Notes: generated by a model from the letters alone, not told the origin. Positions 50,390 to 61,356 are shown, counted from the stretch's first letter. The stretch is DNA of 64,000 bases from an uncultured Planctomycetaceae bacterium (GCA_963815195.1 CAWFGE010000014.1:64001-128000); one strand, 5' to 3'. Numbers and translations are program-made.

Positions 50390-52528
50390 ATGAAAATCGA
50401 AAATTGGCCGCTGGACCGATTGAAGCCCTATGAGAACAACCCCCGCCAAAACCAGGACGCCGTTCCCGCCGTGGTTGCGTCCATCCGCGAGTTCGGATTC
50501 AAGGTTCCGATCATCACTGACCGAGACGGCGTCATCGTCGCCGGGCACACCCGCTATCTGGCCGCCAAGGAACTGGGCATGGAAACGGTGCCCGTGATCG
50601 TGGCCGACGACCTGACGCCCGCGCAGATTCAGGCGTTCCGGATTGCCGACAACAAGACGGCAGAGATCGCGGATTGGGATTACGACTTGCTGCCGATCGA
50701 ATTGGCGGCCCTGCAAGATCAGCATTTCGACTTGGATCTGATCGGGTTTTCCAGCGACGAACTGGCCGACCTGTTGGATCCCGGCGTGCAAGACGGGCTG
50801 ACCGATCCTGATGAAGTTCCTGAACCGCCCGATGAGGCGATCACTCAACCCGGCGATTTGTGGATCCTGGGGAATCATCGTTTGCTATGCGGCGACAGCG
50901 CGAACGCGGATGACGTAAACCGTTTGCTGGACGCCAATAGTATTCATTTGGTCAATACCGACCCTCCTTACAATGTGAAGGTTGAGCCGCGCAGTAACAA
51001 CGCCATCGCCGCGGGTCTGAGTTCTTTTACTGGCGTCAAGCATCATCAAAAGCTGGACGTCGAACGCCATCCGGAGAAAGCCCAGGCCACCCACGCGAAA
51101 CTTCGGGCGAAGGACAGGCCGTTAGAAAACGACTTCGTATCGGATGAGGAATTTGATCGGCTGCTGGATGCCTGGTTTGGGAACATGGCCCGCGTGCTTG
51201 TTCCCGGGCGGAGCTTTTACATTTGGGGCGGGTATGCCAACTGCGCGAACTATCCGCCCGTCCTGAAAAAGCACAAGTTGTACTTCAGCCAGAGCTTGAT
51301 CTGGGACAAACAGCACCCGGTCTTGACGCGAAAAGATTTTATGGGTGCGCATGAATGGTGTCAGCCGCCGGACACCAGCGTTTTGACCAGCGCAGGAAGC
51401 AGCCGGATTTCGGACTTGCGCAACGGGGACCAGGTGGTTGCGTTTTCCACGAACTGGCCCGTCGTCATTGGGTATCGGAACGGTCCCGAGGTAACGGTCG
51501 GCCAACGGCACTACGGCGGCCCTTTGTACGGCGTCACGGTGGGCAAGAAGACGACGTGGGCCACCGATGGCCATCACTTCAGCGTCAAGCTGACCGCCAA
51601 TGTGCGCAATATTTGGTGCGTATATCTGATGCGGAAAGGCGATTGGTGGCGCGTCGGCAAGACCAAGCTGCTGACGACCTGGGGTCTGGGAGTCAAGCAA
51701 CGTCTCCAGATGGAAGAGGGGGAAGAAGCTTGGATTCTGAGCGTCCACCCGGACAACCAGGAAGCCGCCACGGTCGAGCAAATCGTGTCGGCGCGTTATG
51801 GAATCCCGACGACGTTCTGGGTCGAGGCCAACACGTCGAAGAGAACGACGGCCCAGATTGCATCGATCTACGAATCGATCGATCCTTTGGCGATTCACCG
51901 GGGGGCGCTGTGGGCGTTGTCCGATCACAACCGCCGACTGAAGTATCCGCTGATTCGCGCCGGTCGAACCCGCGATAAGTTTGGCCGTCGTGTTTCCTTC
52001 CGATGTCACGTCTGCAACCTGTTGCCCGAGGCAATGGAGATTCCGGTCCCCGTAGAACGGATGAAACACCGATGGCAGCCGATTACGCACGTCGACGTGC
52101 AGCACTACAGCGGCCCGGTCTATTCGCTGGATGTCCCGAAGTATCACCACTACATCGCTGACGGGATCGTCACGCACAACTGTTTTTACGGCTGGAAGGA
52201 AGGCGCGGGCCATCAGTTCTTCGGTCCCAACAACGCGACCGACCTGTGGCATGTGAAGAAGGTCAATCCGCAGAGCATGTGCCATTTGACGGAGAAGCCG
52301 GTTCAGCTTGCGGTGCTTGCGATGCAGTATTCGTCCCGCCCCGGTGAGAACGTGCTGGACCTTTTCGGCGGATCGGGATCGACGCTGATTGGTGCCGAAC
52401 AGACGGGCCGCAAGGCATTCCTGATGGAACTGGACCCGCTGTATGCGGACGTCATCGTTCAAAGATACGAACAATTCACCGGGCAGAAGGCGATTCGCCA
52501 ATCGGTCGAAACGGAGGTGGTCCATTGA
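50390..52528 (+). CDS. ParB-like N-terminus + N4/N6 DNA methyltransferase containing an intein
   Basis: LKPYENNPR, IVAGHTR, IADNK; HRLLCGDS, TDPPYNV, HLTEKPV, LDLFGGSGS. Confidence 0.92.
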   Translation: MKIENWPLDRLKPYENNPRQNQDAVPAVVASIREFGFKVPIITDRDGVIVAGHTRYLAAKELGMETVPVIVADDLTPAQIQAFRIADNKTAEIADWDYDLLPIELAALQDQHFDLDLIGFSSDELADLLDPGVQDGLTDPDEVPEPPDEAITQPGDLWILGNHRLLCGDSANADDVNRLLDANSIHLVNTDPPYNVKVEPRSNNAIAAGLSSFTGVKHHQKLDVERHPEKAQATHAKLRAKDRPLENDFVSDEEFDRLLDAWFGNMARVLVPGRSFYIWGGYANCANYPPVLKKHKLYFSQSLIWDKQHPVLTRKDFMGAHEWCQPPDTSVLTSAGSSRISDLRNGDQVVAFSTNWPVVIGYRNGPEVTVGQRHYGGPLYGVTVGKKTTWATDGHHFSVKLTANVRNIWCVYLMRKGDWWRVGKTKLLTTWGLGVKQRLQMEEGEEAWILSVHPDNQEAATVEQIVSARYGIPTTFWVEANTSKRTTAQIASIYESIDPLAIHRGALWALSDHNRRLKYPLIRAGRTRDKFGRRVSFRCHVCNLLPEAMEIPVPVERMKHRWQPITHVDVQHYSGPVYSLDVPKYHHYIADGIVTHNCFYGWKEGAGHQFFGPNNATDLWHVKKVNPQSMCHLTEKPVQLAVLAMQYSSRPGENVLDLFGGSGSTLIGAEQTGRKAFLMELDPLYADVIVQRYEQFTGQKAIRQSVETEVVH
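51359..52180 (+). mobile_element. Intein (274 aa) with a GIY-YIG-like insert
   Basis: HEW/CQPPDTSVLT...ISDLRNGDQV...ATDGHHF...VYSLDV..HHYIADGIVTHN/CFYGW. Confidence 0.9.
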
Positions 52529-52911
52529 TTTACATCGCTTCCCCATACACCGATCCCGACCCGGCCATTCGCCAAGCCCGCTACCGTGCGGCGTGCCTGG
52601 CCACGGCCGAACTGATGCGGCACGGCCTGAATGTGTTTTCGCCGATCGTGCACAGCCACCCGCTGGCGGAATTGGGACTGCCGTCCGATTGGGGGTTTTG
52701 GCAGCGGATCGACCGGGACATGCTGGTCCGCTGCGACGAACTGGTGGTGTTGATGCTGGACGGCTGGCGGCAGAGCCGCGGGGTGACCGCGGAAATCGAA
52801 CTGGCCCACGGCTACGACATTGCGGTCCGCTACGTGTTGTTGGAACGGGTGTCGGATTTCGCCGCCAGACGCGTGACGTTGGCCCGTGGGCGAAAGGCGG
52901 TGCGGGTTTGA
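52525..52911 (+). CDS. DUF1937-family protein
   Basis: IYIASPY..FSPIVHSH..CDELVVLMLDGWRQSRGVTAEI. Confidence 0.85.
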   Translation: MIYIASPYTDPDPAIRQARYRAACLATAELMRHGLNVFSPIVHSHPLAELGLPSDWGFWQRIDRDMLVRCDELVVLMLDGWRQSRGVTAEIELAHGYDIAVRYVLLERVSDFAARRVTLARGRKAVRV

Positions 52912-52992
52912 AGAAACCTCCCAAGCCACAAGAAAACGCCCGCGTGTGGCGAACACGGGGCGTTACAAGGTGCCTACCCGGCGACATGCTGT

Positions 52993-53853
52993 TTACGCCT
53001 GCTGGTCGTATTTGGAGGCCAAGGCGAGCAGCTTCTTTTTGATGGCGTTCCAGTCGGGGGCCTGGCCATCGGCTCGCAGTTCGCCGTAGCGTTTGTCGCG
53101 GTTGGCCCCCTTGTACCAGCCCTTGGTCCATCCCAAGCGGTAGAACAACCGGTTGAGTTCGGTTTCGCCGACCCCGGCGCCCGGGCGGTCCCAGCAACTC
53201 CGCGTTCCGGGACGTTTCGCGTAATCCCAGGACGAGCGGCGGCGGGCCGAGACGGCCAATTCGACCAAGCCCAGGCAAAGCATGATGTAGCCGGCGATCT
53301 TGGTGGGATTGAGGCTGGCGGCGAAGCAGCGGAATTCGATCCGGTTTCTTCCCCGGGCCAGGTGGGTGAGGTTCAACAAATGGTAGCGGTCGCGTTCGCA
53401 GCGGGCTTTGGCGTCGTCGTGGTTGCCGTAGGTTTTGATGTTCTTGCTGTAGATGTTGCGTTCGCGGCGTTTCGTGCCGGTGCTGGCATAGATCCCTTTT
53501 TCGTGGTTGGCGACGAGGGAGATCAGGCGGGCCAAAGCCGCCGCATCGCCGTCAAAGGTGATCGTGATGTGGATCCCGCAGGAATGATTCACCCGCCCGC
53601 CGTGCTCTCGGATTTTTTCGACCGCCTGCAGGACGTCTTGGAGTCCCTCGTAGCCTGTGAGCTTCGGGCTGACGAATTCGCATCCCTTCCGGCCAGGCAC
53701 CAGCGGGCGGATGCTGGAATCGCGTTCGGCCTTCCAACCGTCCGGCAGCCAGGGAACTTGAATTCCGTGGTGGTACGGTCCGATGGGCGTCGTGTCCGAG
53801 TTCGGAAGCGTCGTTTCAAATTCGACCCCGAAGCAGATCTCGCTGGCATTCAT
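52993..53853 (-). CDS. Putative amidoligase (Amidoligase_2)
   Basis: FGVEFE, WKAERDSSI, EFVSP, SCGIHI, RYHLLN, RIEFR. Confidence 0.85.
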   Translation of the reverse strand: MNASEICFGVEFETTLPNSDTTPIGPYHHGIQVPWLPDGWKAERDSSIRPLVPGRKGCEFVSPKLTGYEGLQDVLQAVEKIREHGGRVNHSCGIHITITFDGDAAALARLISLVANHEKGIYASTGTKRRERNIYSKNIKTYGNHDDAKARCERDRYHLLNLTHLARGRNRIEFRCFAASLNPTKIAGYIMLCLGLVELAVSARRRSSWDYAKRPGTRSCWDRPGAGVGETELNRLFYRLGWTKGWYKGANRDKRYGELRADGQAPDWNAIKKKLLALASKYDQQA

Positions 53854-54084
53854 GTCTCTGTCCTTTTTGGCGGAAGGTTGTTTTCGACAAGGACATGTGA
53901 GCCATGTTTTCGCGGACACATCCAGCAGCGTTTGCCGAGATTCCGAAATGTTTCTGAGATTTTTTTCGGGGCCCGACGTTGGCCCGTGTTGGCCGCAAGC
54001 CGCGCATTGGCGTTTGTCCCGCGGCAACGCAAAACGCCCCACGTGGGCCAACGTGAGGCGTCGTGCGGGGGCGTTTTCGGATTG

Positions 54085-54354
54085 TTAGTCGGCGACGTCC
54101 CAGGCCCGGCCGCTGCCGTATCCGAGTTGCCGGCCTTCGCAGATGTAGATGACATCGTCGGCTTCGTCGGCTTCGTCGGGATCGTCGGCTTCGTCCTCAT
54201 CCTCGGCGTCGTTGATCTCGCTTCCCGAGCAGACGCCGGCGATCTCGTTTTCGAACGGCCAGTTCTGTTGCGTCATCAATCGCACCTCGGCGTCGCCGCC
54301 AAGTTCGTCACGGTAGCCTTCCAGGCGTTCGATCAGTTGGTTCAAAGTCATCAT
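54085..54354 (-). CDS. Small acidic hypothetical protein
   Basis: aggag RBS; AEVRLMTQQNWPFE..EGRQLGYG. Confidence 0.7.
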   Translation of the reverse strand: MMTLNQLIERLEGYRDELGGDAEVRLMTQQNWPFENEIAGVCSGSEINDAEDEDEADDPDEADEADDVIYICEGRQLGYGSGRAWDVAD

Positions 54355-54584
54355 GAGTATCTCCTGGTTTGGGAAAAGAAATGTCGTTCAATAGGTCCAT
54401 GTGAGCCAGGATTTCGCGGAGACATCCAGCGCAGTCCGCCGAGAGTCTGAGAAATCATGAAAATATTCGAGGTGGCGAATGGGCCGTCGCGTTAGCCCAC
54501 GGGGCGGAGGAAGCGAACCAAGTATCGACCAACGAGAGAACGCCCCGACGTGGGGCGTTCTGGGCGGCGTCCGGGCGTCCGGGG

Positions 54585-54788
54585 CTATTTCGCCCGGCTC
54601 CGCAGACGCTGGGCGGATCGGATTTCGACCTTCCGACCCGTCGCCTCGTTGACGGCAAGCCAGGTCGTCCGTTCCCGCCGCCGGAGCGCGTCGTAACGGA
54701 CGCGTTCTTCGATGATGCGGACAACGGTCAGCTTGCCGGAGATCTTGGCGGTGTAGCGGCCGCCGATTTGGATTTCGTGGAGTTTCAT
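54585..54788 (-). CDS. Small basic hypothetical protein
   Basis: IQIGGRYTAKISG..NEATGRKVEIRSAQRLR. Confidence 0.65.
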   Translation of the reverse strand: MKLHEIQIGGRYTAKISGKLTVVRIIEERVRYDALRRRERTTWLAVNEATGRKVEIRSAQRLRSRAK

Positions 54789-55037
54789 GTGAGATGTCTT
54801 TCGCTAAATGGAGAAGAAAGCAGCCGCCCCAAGGGGCGGCCGAGGTCATTCGCCGCTCGGAGGCACGGGCGGGTCGAACGGCGGGTCCAATTCGTCGGCG
54901 ATGGCCAGCAGGATGTCGATCAGGTCCTGCGCATCCAGCGTGCGGGATCGGCGGCCCTGGTCCAGGGCCTGCTGCATGCGGACGGTGACGTTGCGGATGG
55001 CGTCGGCGATTTCGTGCATGGTTTTACGTCCTCCGAT

Positions 55038-55637
55038 TTACGAGTTGGCTGTGAACAATCCGCGGTCGGCCTTCTTGAATCGGGAGTCGTCGCCTTTGTC
55101 GCGGATCTCCCGCATGATGGCGGCGGAGATCGTGGCGTGCGGCGTCTTGCCGCCGGGCGAGGTCCAATAGCCTTTTGCCGCCATCTGTTCGATGATGTCT
55201 TTCGCCCGCAGCGGTTCCGTCGATTCGGACAAGACCTTCGCCGCCGCGTCGAGGGCGCTGAGCTTCTTGCCATCTTTGGCCTTCGATTTGGTCGTCGCGG
55301 CCTTGGCCTTCGATTTGCTGGCCGCCTTCTTGGCGGGTTTTTCTTCCGGCTGCGTTTCGGCAGCGGCGGCGGCTTCGGCTTCGCGTTGTTCGACCGCGAT
55401 CCATTCTTCCAAGTCTTTCTTCACCAGCCGGCGGACCAGTTCGTCCAGGTAGAAGCGGTCGGCTTTCTTGGCTTCCACCAGATCATTCTTCTTCGCGTTG
55501 TAGGTCACCGTCTTGCCTTCGAACGATTGGCCGAGTTCGCCTTCGTCTTTGAGGCGTCCGTTGGTGACCACCAGCAGCGCGTGATCCTTGGTTTCGTAGT
55601 AGTTGCCCTTCGCGACTTTTTCGATCTTCTTCGTCAT
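55038..55637 (-). CDS. HARE-HTH (HB1/ASXL/restriction endonuclease HTH) domain protein
   Basis: LSALDAAAKVL..YWTSPGGKTPHATISAAIMREI..SRFKK..RGLF. Confidence 0.8.
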   Translation of the reverse strand: MTKKIEKVAKGNYYETKDHALLVVTNGRLKDEGELGQSFEGKTVTYNAKKNDLVEAKKADRFYLDELVRRLVKKDLEEWIAVEQREAEAAAAAETQPEEKPAKKAASKSKAKAATTKSKAKDGKKLSALDAAAKVLSESTEPLRAKDIIEQMAAKGYWTSPGGKTPHATISAAIMREIRDKGDDSRFKKADRGLFTANS

Positions 55638-55691
55638 CGTGGTGTTCCTTTGCGAGAACCCAAAAAGAAATCAGCCGGCCACGTGGCCGGC

Positions 55692-55925
55692 TTAGGAGTT
55701 TTCGTTTTGCTGGTCCCGGTCGCGGGCCAGCATGTCTTCGTGCCATTTCCAGAATTCGATTTCGTCGTCCGTGGCCAAGGCGACGCTGCGAACGGTCGTC
55801 TTCTGCATCAGTTCGGGAAACAAGTCCCGCAGGGCGGTTTCGCCCAACCGGCGGGCTTCCGTTTCGTCCGCGGCTTCGACCAGCACGTAGCGGCTGAGCG
55901 TGGCCACCCGGAAGAATCGTTTCAT
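55692..55925 (-). CDS. Hypothetical protein
   Basis: aagga RBS; SRYVLVEAADE. Confidence 0.6.
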   Translation of the reverse strand: MKRFFRVATLSRYVLVEAADETEARRLGETALRDLFPELMQKTTVRSVALATDDEIEFWKWHEDMLARDRDQQNENS

Positions 55926-56030
55926 GGTTTGGTCCTTTCGATTCGAGATTGATCTTCGACAGGACCATGTGAGCCAGGTTTTCCGAGAAACATCCAGCGC
56001 AGTTCCGAAACATTTTTCAGGTTTTTTCAA

Positions 56031-56243
56031 ATGTCCCAATCCCCGAACGATGGCCCGGTTTTGAACCCGCTGGCGGTGCCGATCCCGGACGCCGCCCGGC
56101 TGCTATCCCGGTTGGGCGGCAAGCCGATCAGCGAGGCGACGATTCGCAGCGACATCGATTCCGGGGCGCCGGTCAATCCGGACGGGACGTTGAACCTGGT
56201 GGAATACGCGGCCTGGCTGGTGCGTGAAATGGGGGCGAACTAA
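56031..56243 (+). CDS. Small protein preceding the terminase
   Basis: DIDSGAPVNPDGTLNLVEYAAWL. Confidence 0.65.
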   Translation: MSQSPNDGPVLNPLAVPIPDAARLLSRLGGKPISEATIRSDIDSGAPVNPDGTLNLVEYAAWLVREMGAN

Positions 56244-58520
56244 TGGCCATTGATCCCCGCAAATTAAAACCCAGCGAATTGTGCCGGCTGTTGAATTCCA
56301 CGCCGTTGGGCGAGGTGATCAACGAACGGCAGCTGTATCGCCATCGCACGCGGGCCGGTTTCCGGATCGGCGACGGCCGGCGGATCGACCTGCTGCGGTA
56401 CGTCGCGTGGTTGATCCAGGTCCGGCACGAACCCAAGCCGGAACGCGACGCCGGCGGTTATGAGGCGATGAAGGAGCAGGCCCGTGCCCGCAACGCGGCG
56501 TTGTCGCAGTCGGGCCGGGACATCGGCGATCTGCCCCCGGTGGCCAACCCGGAACGCAAAGCGGCGGCCGCCGTCAGTTTCCGATTCTTCTGCGAATCGT
56601 ATTTCCCGCAGACGTTTCATCTGCCGTGGTCCGACGACCATTTGCGGGTGATCAACAAGATCGAGCAGGCCGTGCTGCACGGCGGGCTGTTTGCGATGGC
56701 GATGCCCCGCGGCATCGGGCAAGACGCACGCAAGCGGAGAGTGCCTGCATCTGGGCCGTCGTTATACGGCCATCGCGAGTTCGTGTGCCTGATCGGATCG
56801 GACGAAGGGCACGCGATGGACATGCTGGATTCGATCAAAATGGAATTGGACAGCAACGATTTGCTGCTGGCGGATTTCCCGGAGGTGTGCTATCCGATCC
56901 AGTGCTTGGAGGGCATCGCCAACCGCTGTGCCGGGCAGCTTTACCAGGGCGAGCGGACGCACATCAGCTGGACGGCCAAGGAGATCATCCTGCCCACGAT
57001 CCCCGATTCGCCAGCGCAGCGGCGCCATCATCAAGGTGGCCGGCATCACCGGCCGCATCCGCGGGCATGAAGATGCAAACGCGCCGACGGGCAGACCGTG
57101 CGTCCGTCGCTTGGTCGTGCTGGACGACCCGCAAACAGACGAGTCGCGCCCGCAGTCCTTATCGCAGTGCGCCAACCGCGAAAGCATCCTGGCCGGGGCC
57201 GTGTTGGGCCTGGCCGGTCCCGGCAAGAAGATTTCGGGCATCATGCCCTGCACGGTGATCCGCCCCGGCGACATGGCCGACAACATCCTGGATCGCGACA
57301 AGCATCCCGAATGGAATGGCGAACGAACGAAAATGGTGTATGCGTTCCCGACGAACGAAACGCTCTGGGCGCAGTACGCCGAGATTCGGGCCGAGGGATT
57401 GCGGGCCGGCGACGGCGGCCGAGCCGCGACGGAATTCTACCGGGAGAACGGCAGGCGATGGACGAGGGCGCGATCGTCGCCTGGGCCGCAGCGGTTCAAC
57501 CACGACGAGTTGTCCGCGATCCAGCACGCGATGAATCTGAAGCTGCAGGACGAGGCGGCGTTCTTCGCCGAATACCAGAACGAGCCGCTGCCGGAAGAAA
57601 CGATCGGCGACGATCTGCTGTCGGCCGATCAGATCGCCGGCAAGATCAACGGCATGCCAGCGGCGGGAAATCCCCATCGGCTGCAATCAACTGACGATGT
57701 TCATCGACGTGCAGCAGAACCTGTTGTTCTACGTGATCGCCGCCTGGGAAGAGGATTTCACCGGCTATGTCGTGGACTACGGCAGCTATCCCGATCAGCA
57801 GCGGGCGTATTTCACGCTTGCGGGACGCCCGCAGGACGTTATCGCACGCTGCCCCGAACACGGGCTTGGAAGGCGCCATTTATGCGGGCTTGGAAGCATT
57901 GACCGGCCAGCACCTGGGCCGCGAATGGAAGCGAGACGACGGAGCCGTGATGCGGATCGAACGCTGCCTGATCGATGCCAACTGGGGTTCGTCCACCGAT
58001 GTGGTGTATCAGTTCTGCCGGCAGAGTCCGCATGCCGCGGTGTTGCTGCCGTCCCACGGCCGGTTCGTCGGGGCGTCGAGCATGCCCTATTCGGAATACA
58101 AACGCAGGCCCGGCGACCGCGTGGGTTTGAACTGGCGGATTCCCAACGTCCGCGGCAAGCGGGCCGTCCGGCATGTGGTGTTCGATACCAACTACTGGAA
58201 AAGTTTCATCCAGGCCCGACTGGCCGTGGCGATGGGGGATCGCGGTTGCCTGTCGCTGTTCGGCAGCCAAGCCCGAAACGCATCGGTTGTTCGCCGAACA
58301 CCTCACGGCGGAATACCGGGTGAAGACCGAAGGCCGCGGCCGCACGGTGGATGAATGGAAGATTCGACCGGAACAGCCCGACAACCACTGGTTGGATTGC
58401 CTGGTGGGCTGCGCCGTCGCGGCATCGATTCAGGGCGTGATGTTGTTTGGGACGGATGCCAAACCGGTGGTGAAACGGACGCGGGTGAAATTGTCTGATC
58501 TGAAACGGGAGCGAAAATGA
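56243..58520 (+). CDS. Phage terminase large subunit (GpA-like), many frameshifts
   Basis: AMPRG.G, VVLDDPQT, FFAEYQNEP, MFIDVQ, LIDANWG, DNHWLDCLVG spread over several frames. Confidence 0.75.
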
Positions 58521-58819
58521 AACCTTTTGACGAGGATATGATGCAAGACAAACGGCAGATCCCACCCGACGAGATGTCCGAATCCCAACGCGACCGCGAA
58601 ATCGCCACGCTCTTCGCCAGAGGCATTCTGCGGCTGCAAAAACATCGTTCTCCTTCCCGACGCAGCGACTCTGAGGAACCGCCGAAATCCTCCTCCCGAT
58701 GGCCTTGAGCTTTCCCGCGAAACGAGGCTCAGTGTCCCCACGGGTTAACGATTTCGAGAGTCGCCGCCGGCCCTGCGTTGTGGCCGGCCGGCGCCTTGGA
58801 TTCTTTTCGAGGAGATGCG

Positions 58820-59311
58820 ATGACTTTGAACGTGGCAAAAGAGTTGGCCGCCTTGGAGCGGATGACTCCCAAGCAACTGCGTGCCAAGTATGAAGAGGTG
58901 TTTGAAGAAGAATGCCGCTCCCACCATAAGCAGTGGCTGATCAAGCGGATCATCTGGCGGATGCAGGCCAATGCCGAGGGGGATTTGTCCGAGCGCGCCC
59001 GCCGGCGGGCCGAGGAATTGGCCAACGATGCGGACCTGCGGCTGAAACCGCCCCGCGATTCCGAGCCGGAACCGCGCCGGAAGACGGCGACCGCTACGGT
59101 TCCCCGCAACGAAGACGATCGGGTGCCCATGCCCGGCGTGGTGCTGACCCGCGATTACAAAGGTGAGACGTTTGCGGTTACGGTCGAGAAGGACGGCTTC
59201 GTCTATGAAGGCGAAAAATACAAATCGCTGTCCGCCGTCGCCAAGGAGATCACCGGCACGCATTGGAACGGCTACCACTTCTTCGGTCTGAAGAAAGGGG
59301 GTGCGAAATGA
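58820..59311 (+). CDS. DUF2924 family protein
   Basis: PGVVLTRDYKG..YEGEKYKSLSAVAKEITGTHWNGYHFFGL. Confidence 0.9.
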   Translation: MTLNVAKELAALERMTPKQLRAKYEEVFEEECRSHHKQWLIKRIIWRMQANAEGDLSERARRRAEELANDADLRLKPPRDSEPEPRRKTATATVPRNEDDRVPMPGVVLTRDYKGETFAVTVEKDGFVYEGEKYKSLSAVAKEITGTHWNGYHFFGLKKGGAK

Positions 59312-60825
59312 ACCGCTGCGCCATCTACACCCGCAAATCGACCGAAGAAGGTTTGGAGCAGGAATTCAATTCGCTCGACGCCCAGCGCGAATCGGGCGAG
59401 GCGTTCATTGCCAGCCAGCAACATGAAGGCTGGGAGTGCCTTCCTGAACACTACGACGACGGCGGATTCACCGGCGGGAACACCGACCGGCCCGCATTAC
59501 AGCGTCTGTTGGCGGACATTGAAGCCGGGCTGATCGACACCGTGGTCGTCTATAAAGTCGATCGTTTGAGCCGTTCGCTGTTGGATTTCGCCCGCATCCT
59601 GCGGACGTTCGAGAAGCACAACGTGTCCTTCGTTTCCGTCACGCAGCAATTCAACACGGCGACGTCGATGGGGCGGTTGATGCTGAATATCCTTTTGTCG
59701 TTCGCTCAATTCGAGCGGGAGATGATCAGCGAACGGACCCGCGACAAAATGGCCGCCGTGCGCCGCAAAGGCAAATGGGCGGGTGGCATGCCGATCCTGG
59801 GCTACGACGTCGAGAAGTCCAAACTGCGAATCAATGCGGACGAGGCCGAGCAGGTGCGGGAGATTTTTCGGCTGTACCTGGAGCACAAGGCCTTGATGCC
59901 CGTCGTCAAGGAATTGAACCGGCGGGGTTGGCAGCGCAAACAATGGACGACTCGCAAAAACACGATCCGCGGCGGCGGGCCGTTCAAAAAAGCCACCGTT
60001 CATGCAGTGCTGACGAATGTCGCCTACATCGGCAAGGTGCGATACAAGGACGAAGTCCACGAAGGCGAGCACCAGGGCATCGTGGACGCCGAGGTGTTCG
60101 AGCAGGTCCACGCGGTCCTGAACCGCAACGCCCGCACCGGGGGGCGGACGATGCAGAACAAGTACGGGGCTTTGCTCCGGGGTCTGTTACGCTGTGCAAC
60201 CTGCGAGTGTGCGATGTCGCACCGCTACACCGCGAAAAAGAAGTCGCTGTATCGCTATTACGTCTGCCGGCAGGCGCAGCAGCAGGGCTGGGAAGCCTGC
60301 CCGACGCCCTCGGTCCCTGCGCCGGAGATCGAGCAGTTCGTGGTCGAGCAGATCAAAGGCATCGGCCGCGATCCGGTCCTGTTGCGCGAGACGTTGGCCC
60401 AGGCCCGCCGCGAGGCCGAAGAGACGATCAAACGGCTCGAAACCGAACGGGCGGGGCTGAAGCGACAGATTCGACGCGACGAAGCCGAGTCGGCCAAGCT
60501 GGGCACCGCTACGGACGCCCATGCCGTGGACCGCTTGGCGGATCTGCAGGATCGCCGTTTCGGCGCGGAACGCCGGCTGACCGAGATCCACGAAGAGCTT
60601 CTGGCGCTTCGCTGCCATTTGGTGGACGAGGCCGAGGTCGAGACGGCACTTCGCGCATTCGATCCGGTTTGGGAATGCCTTTCCCCGAAGGAGCAGAGCC
60701 GGGTTCTGGAACTTTTGATTGAACGCGTCGAGTTCGACGGCGAGAGCGGGCAGGTTTCCATCGTGTTCCATTCCACCGGATTCCACGGGCTAATCCAACG
60801 CTTGGCTGAGGAGGACGACGCATGA
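59308..60825 (+). CDS. Large serine recombinase (resolvase + recombinase + Zn ribbon)
   Basis: RCAIYTRKST, YDDGGFTGG, VYKVDRLSRS, FAQFERE, CATC..YYVC. Confidence 0.93.
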   Translation: MNRCAIYTRKSTEEGLEQEFNSLDAQRESGEAFIASQQHEGWECLPEHYDDGGFTGGNTDRPALQRLLADIEAGLIDTVVVYKVDRLSRSLLDFARILRTFEKHNVSFVSVTQQFNTATSMGRLMLNILLSFAQFEREMISERTRDKMAAVRRKGKWAGGMPILGYDVEKSKLRINADEAEQVREIFRLYLEHKALMPVVKELNRRGWQRKQWTTRKNTIRGGGPFKKATVHAVLTNVAYIGKVRYKDEVHEGEHQGIVDAEVFEQVHAVLNRNARTGGRTMQNKYGALLRGLLRCATCECAMSHRYTAKKKSLYRYYVCRQAQQQGWEACPTPSVPAPEIEQFVVEQIKGIGRDPVLLRETLAQARREAEETIKRLETERAGLKRQIRRDEAESAKLGTATDAHAVDRLADLQDRRFGAERRLTEIHEELLALRCHLVDEAEVETALRAFDPVWECLSPKEQSRVLELLIERVEFDGESGQVSIVFHSTGFHGLIQRLAEEDDA

Positions 60826-61229
60826 AACCGAAACTTGCTTTCACCCGGAAGTTCCACGTCGAACTCAGTCAGCGCGGCCGCAAGCACCTGCGGGAGCCCG
60901 AACCTAAACGCGACGTGGCCCCACGTGTGCCGCGTGTGGCCAAGCTCGTGGCCTTGGCGATAAGGTTCGAAGGTTTGATTGAGGGCGGCGTGGTGGCCGA
61001 CTACGCGGAACTGGCGCGCCTCGGGCACGTCACGCGGGCCAGGATCACGCAAGTCACCAATCTCCTCAGCCTCGCCCCGGACATCATCGAGGCGATTCTG
61101 TTTCTGCCGGCCGTGCAACGGGGAAAAGATCCGATCACCGAGCGGGATCTGCGGCCGATTGTGGCCGTGGCGGATTGGAAGAAGCAGCGGAGGTTGTGGA
61201 ATCTGTGCACGAGCCGAAAAATCGAATAA
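60822..61229 (+). CDS. Recombinase-associated HTH protein
   Basis: ELARLGHVTRARITQVTNLLSLAPDIIEAIL. Confidence 0.75.
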   Translation: MKPKLAFTRKFHVELSQRGRKHLREPEPKRDVAPRVPRVAKLVALAIRFEGLIEGGVVADYAELARLGHVTRARITQVTNLLSLAPDIIEAILFLPAVQRGKDPITERDLRPIVAVADWKKQRRLWNLCTSRKIE

Positions 61230-61356
61230 TTTCAGGCTCCTGGCAGCTTTCTTGGGGCCTTCTCCGCTGTTGCAGGAGAATTCTAGGGGACGATTTGCTT
61301 TAATTGTCTGAGACAATGGGCAATCCCTAAAACTCCTGACGATAGCTCTCGCACGC

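Noticed and set aside
51122..53278. 718-aa minus-strand ORF and similar long antisense ORFs (18637-19635, 53362-54450, 54768-55952)
   Set aside because: Shadows of well-supported genes on the opposite strand in GC-rich DNA.
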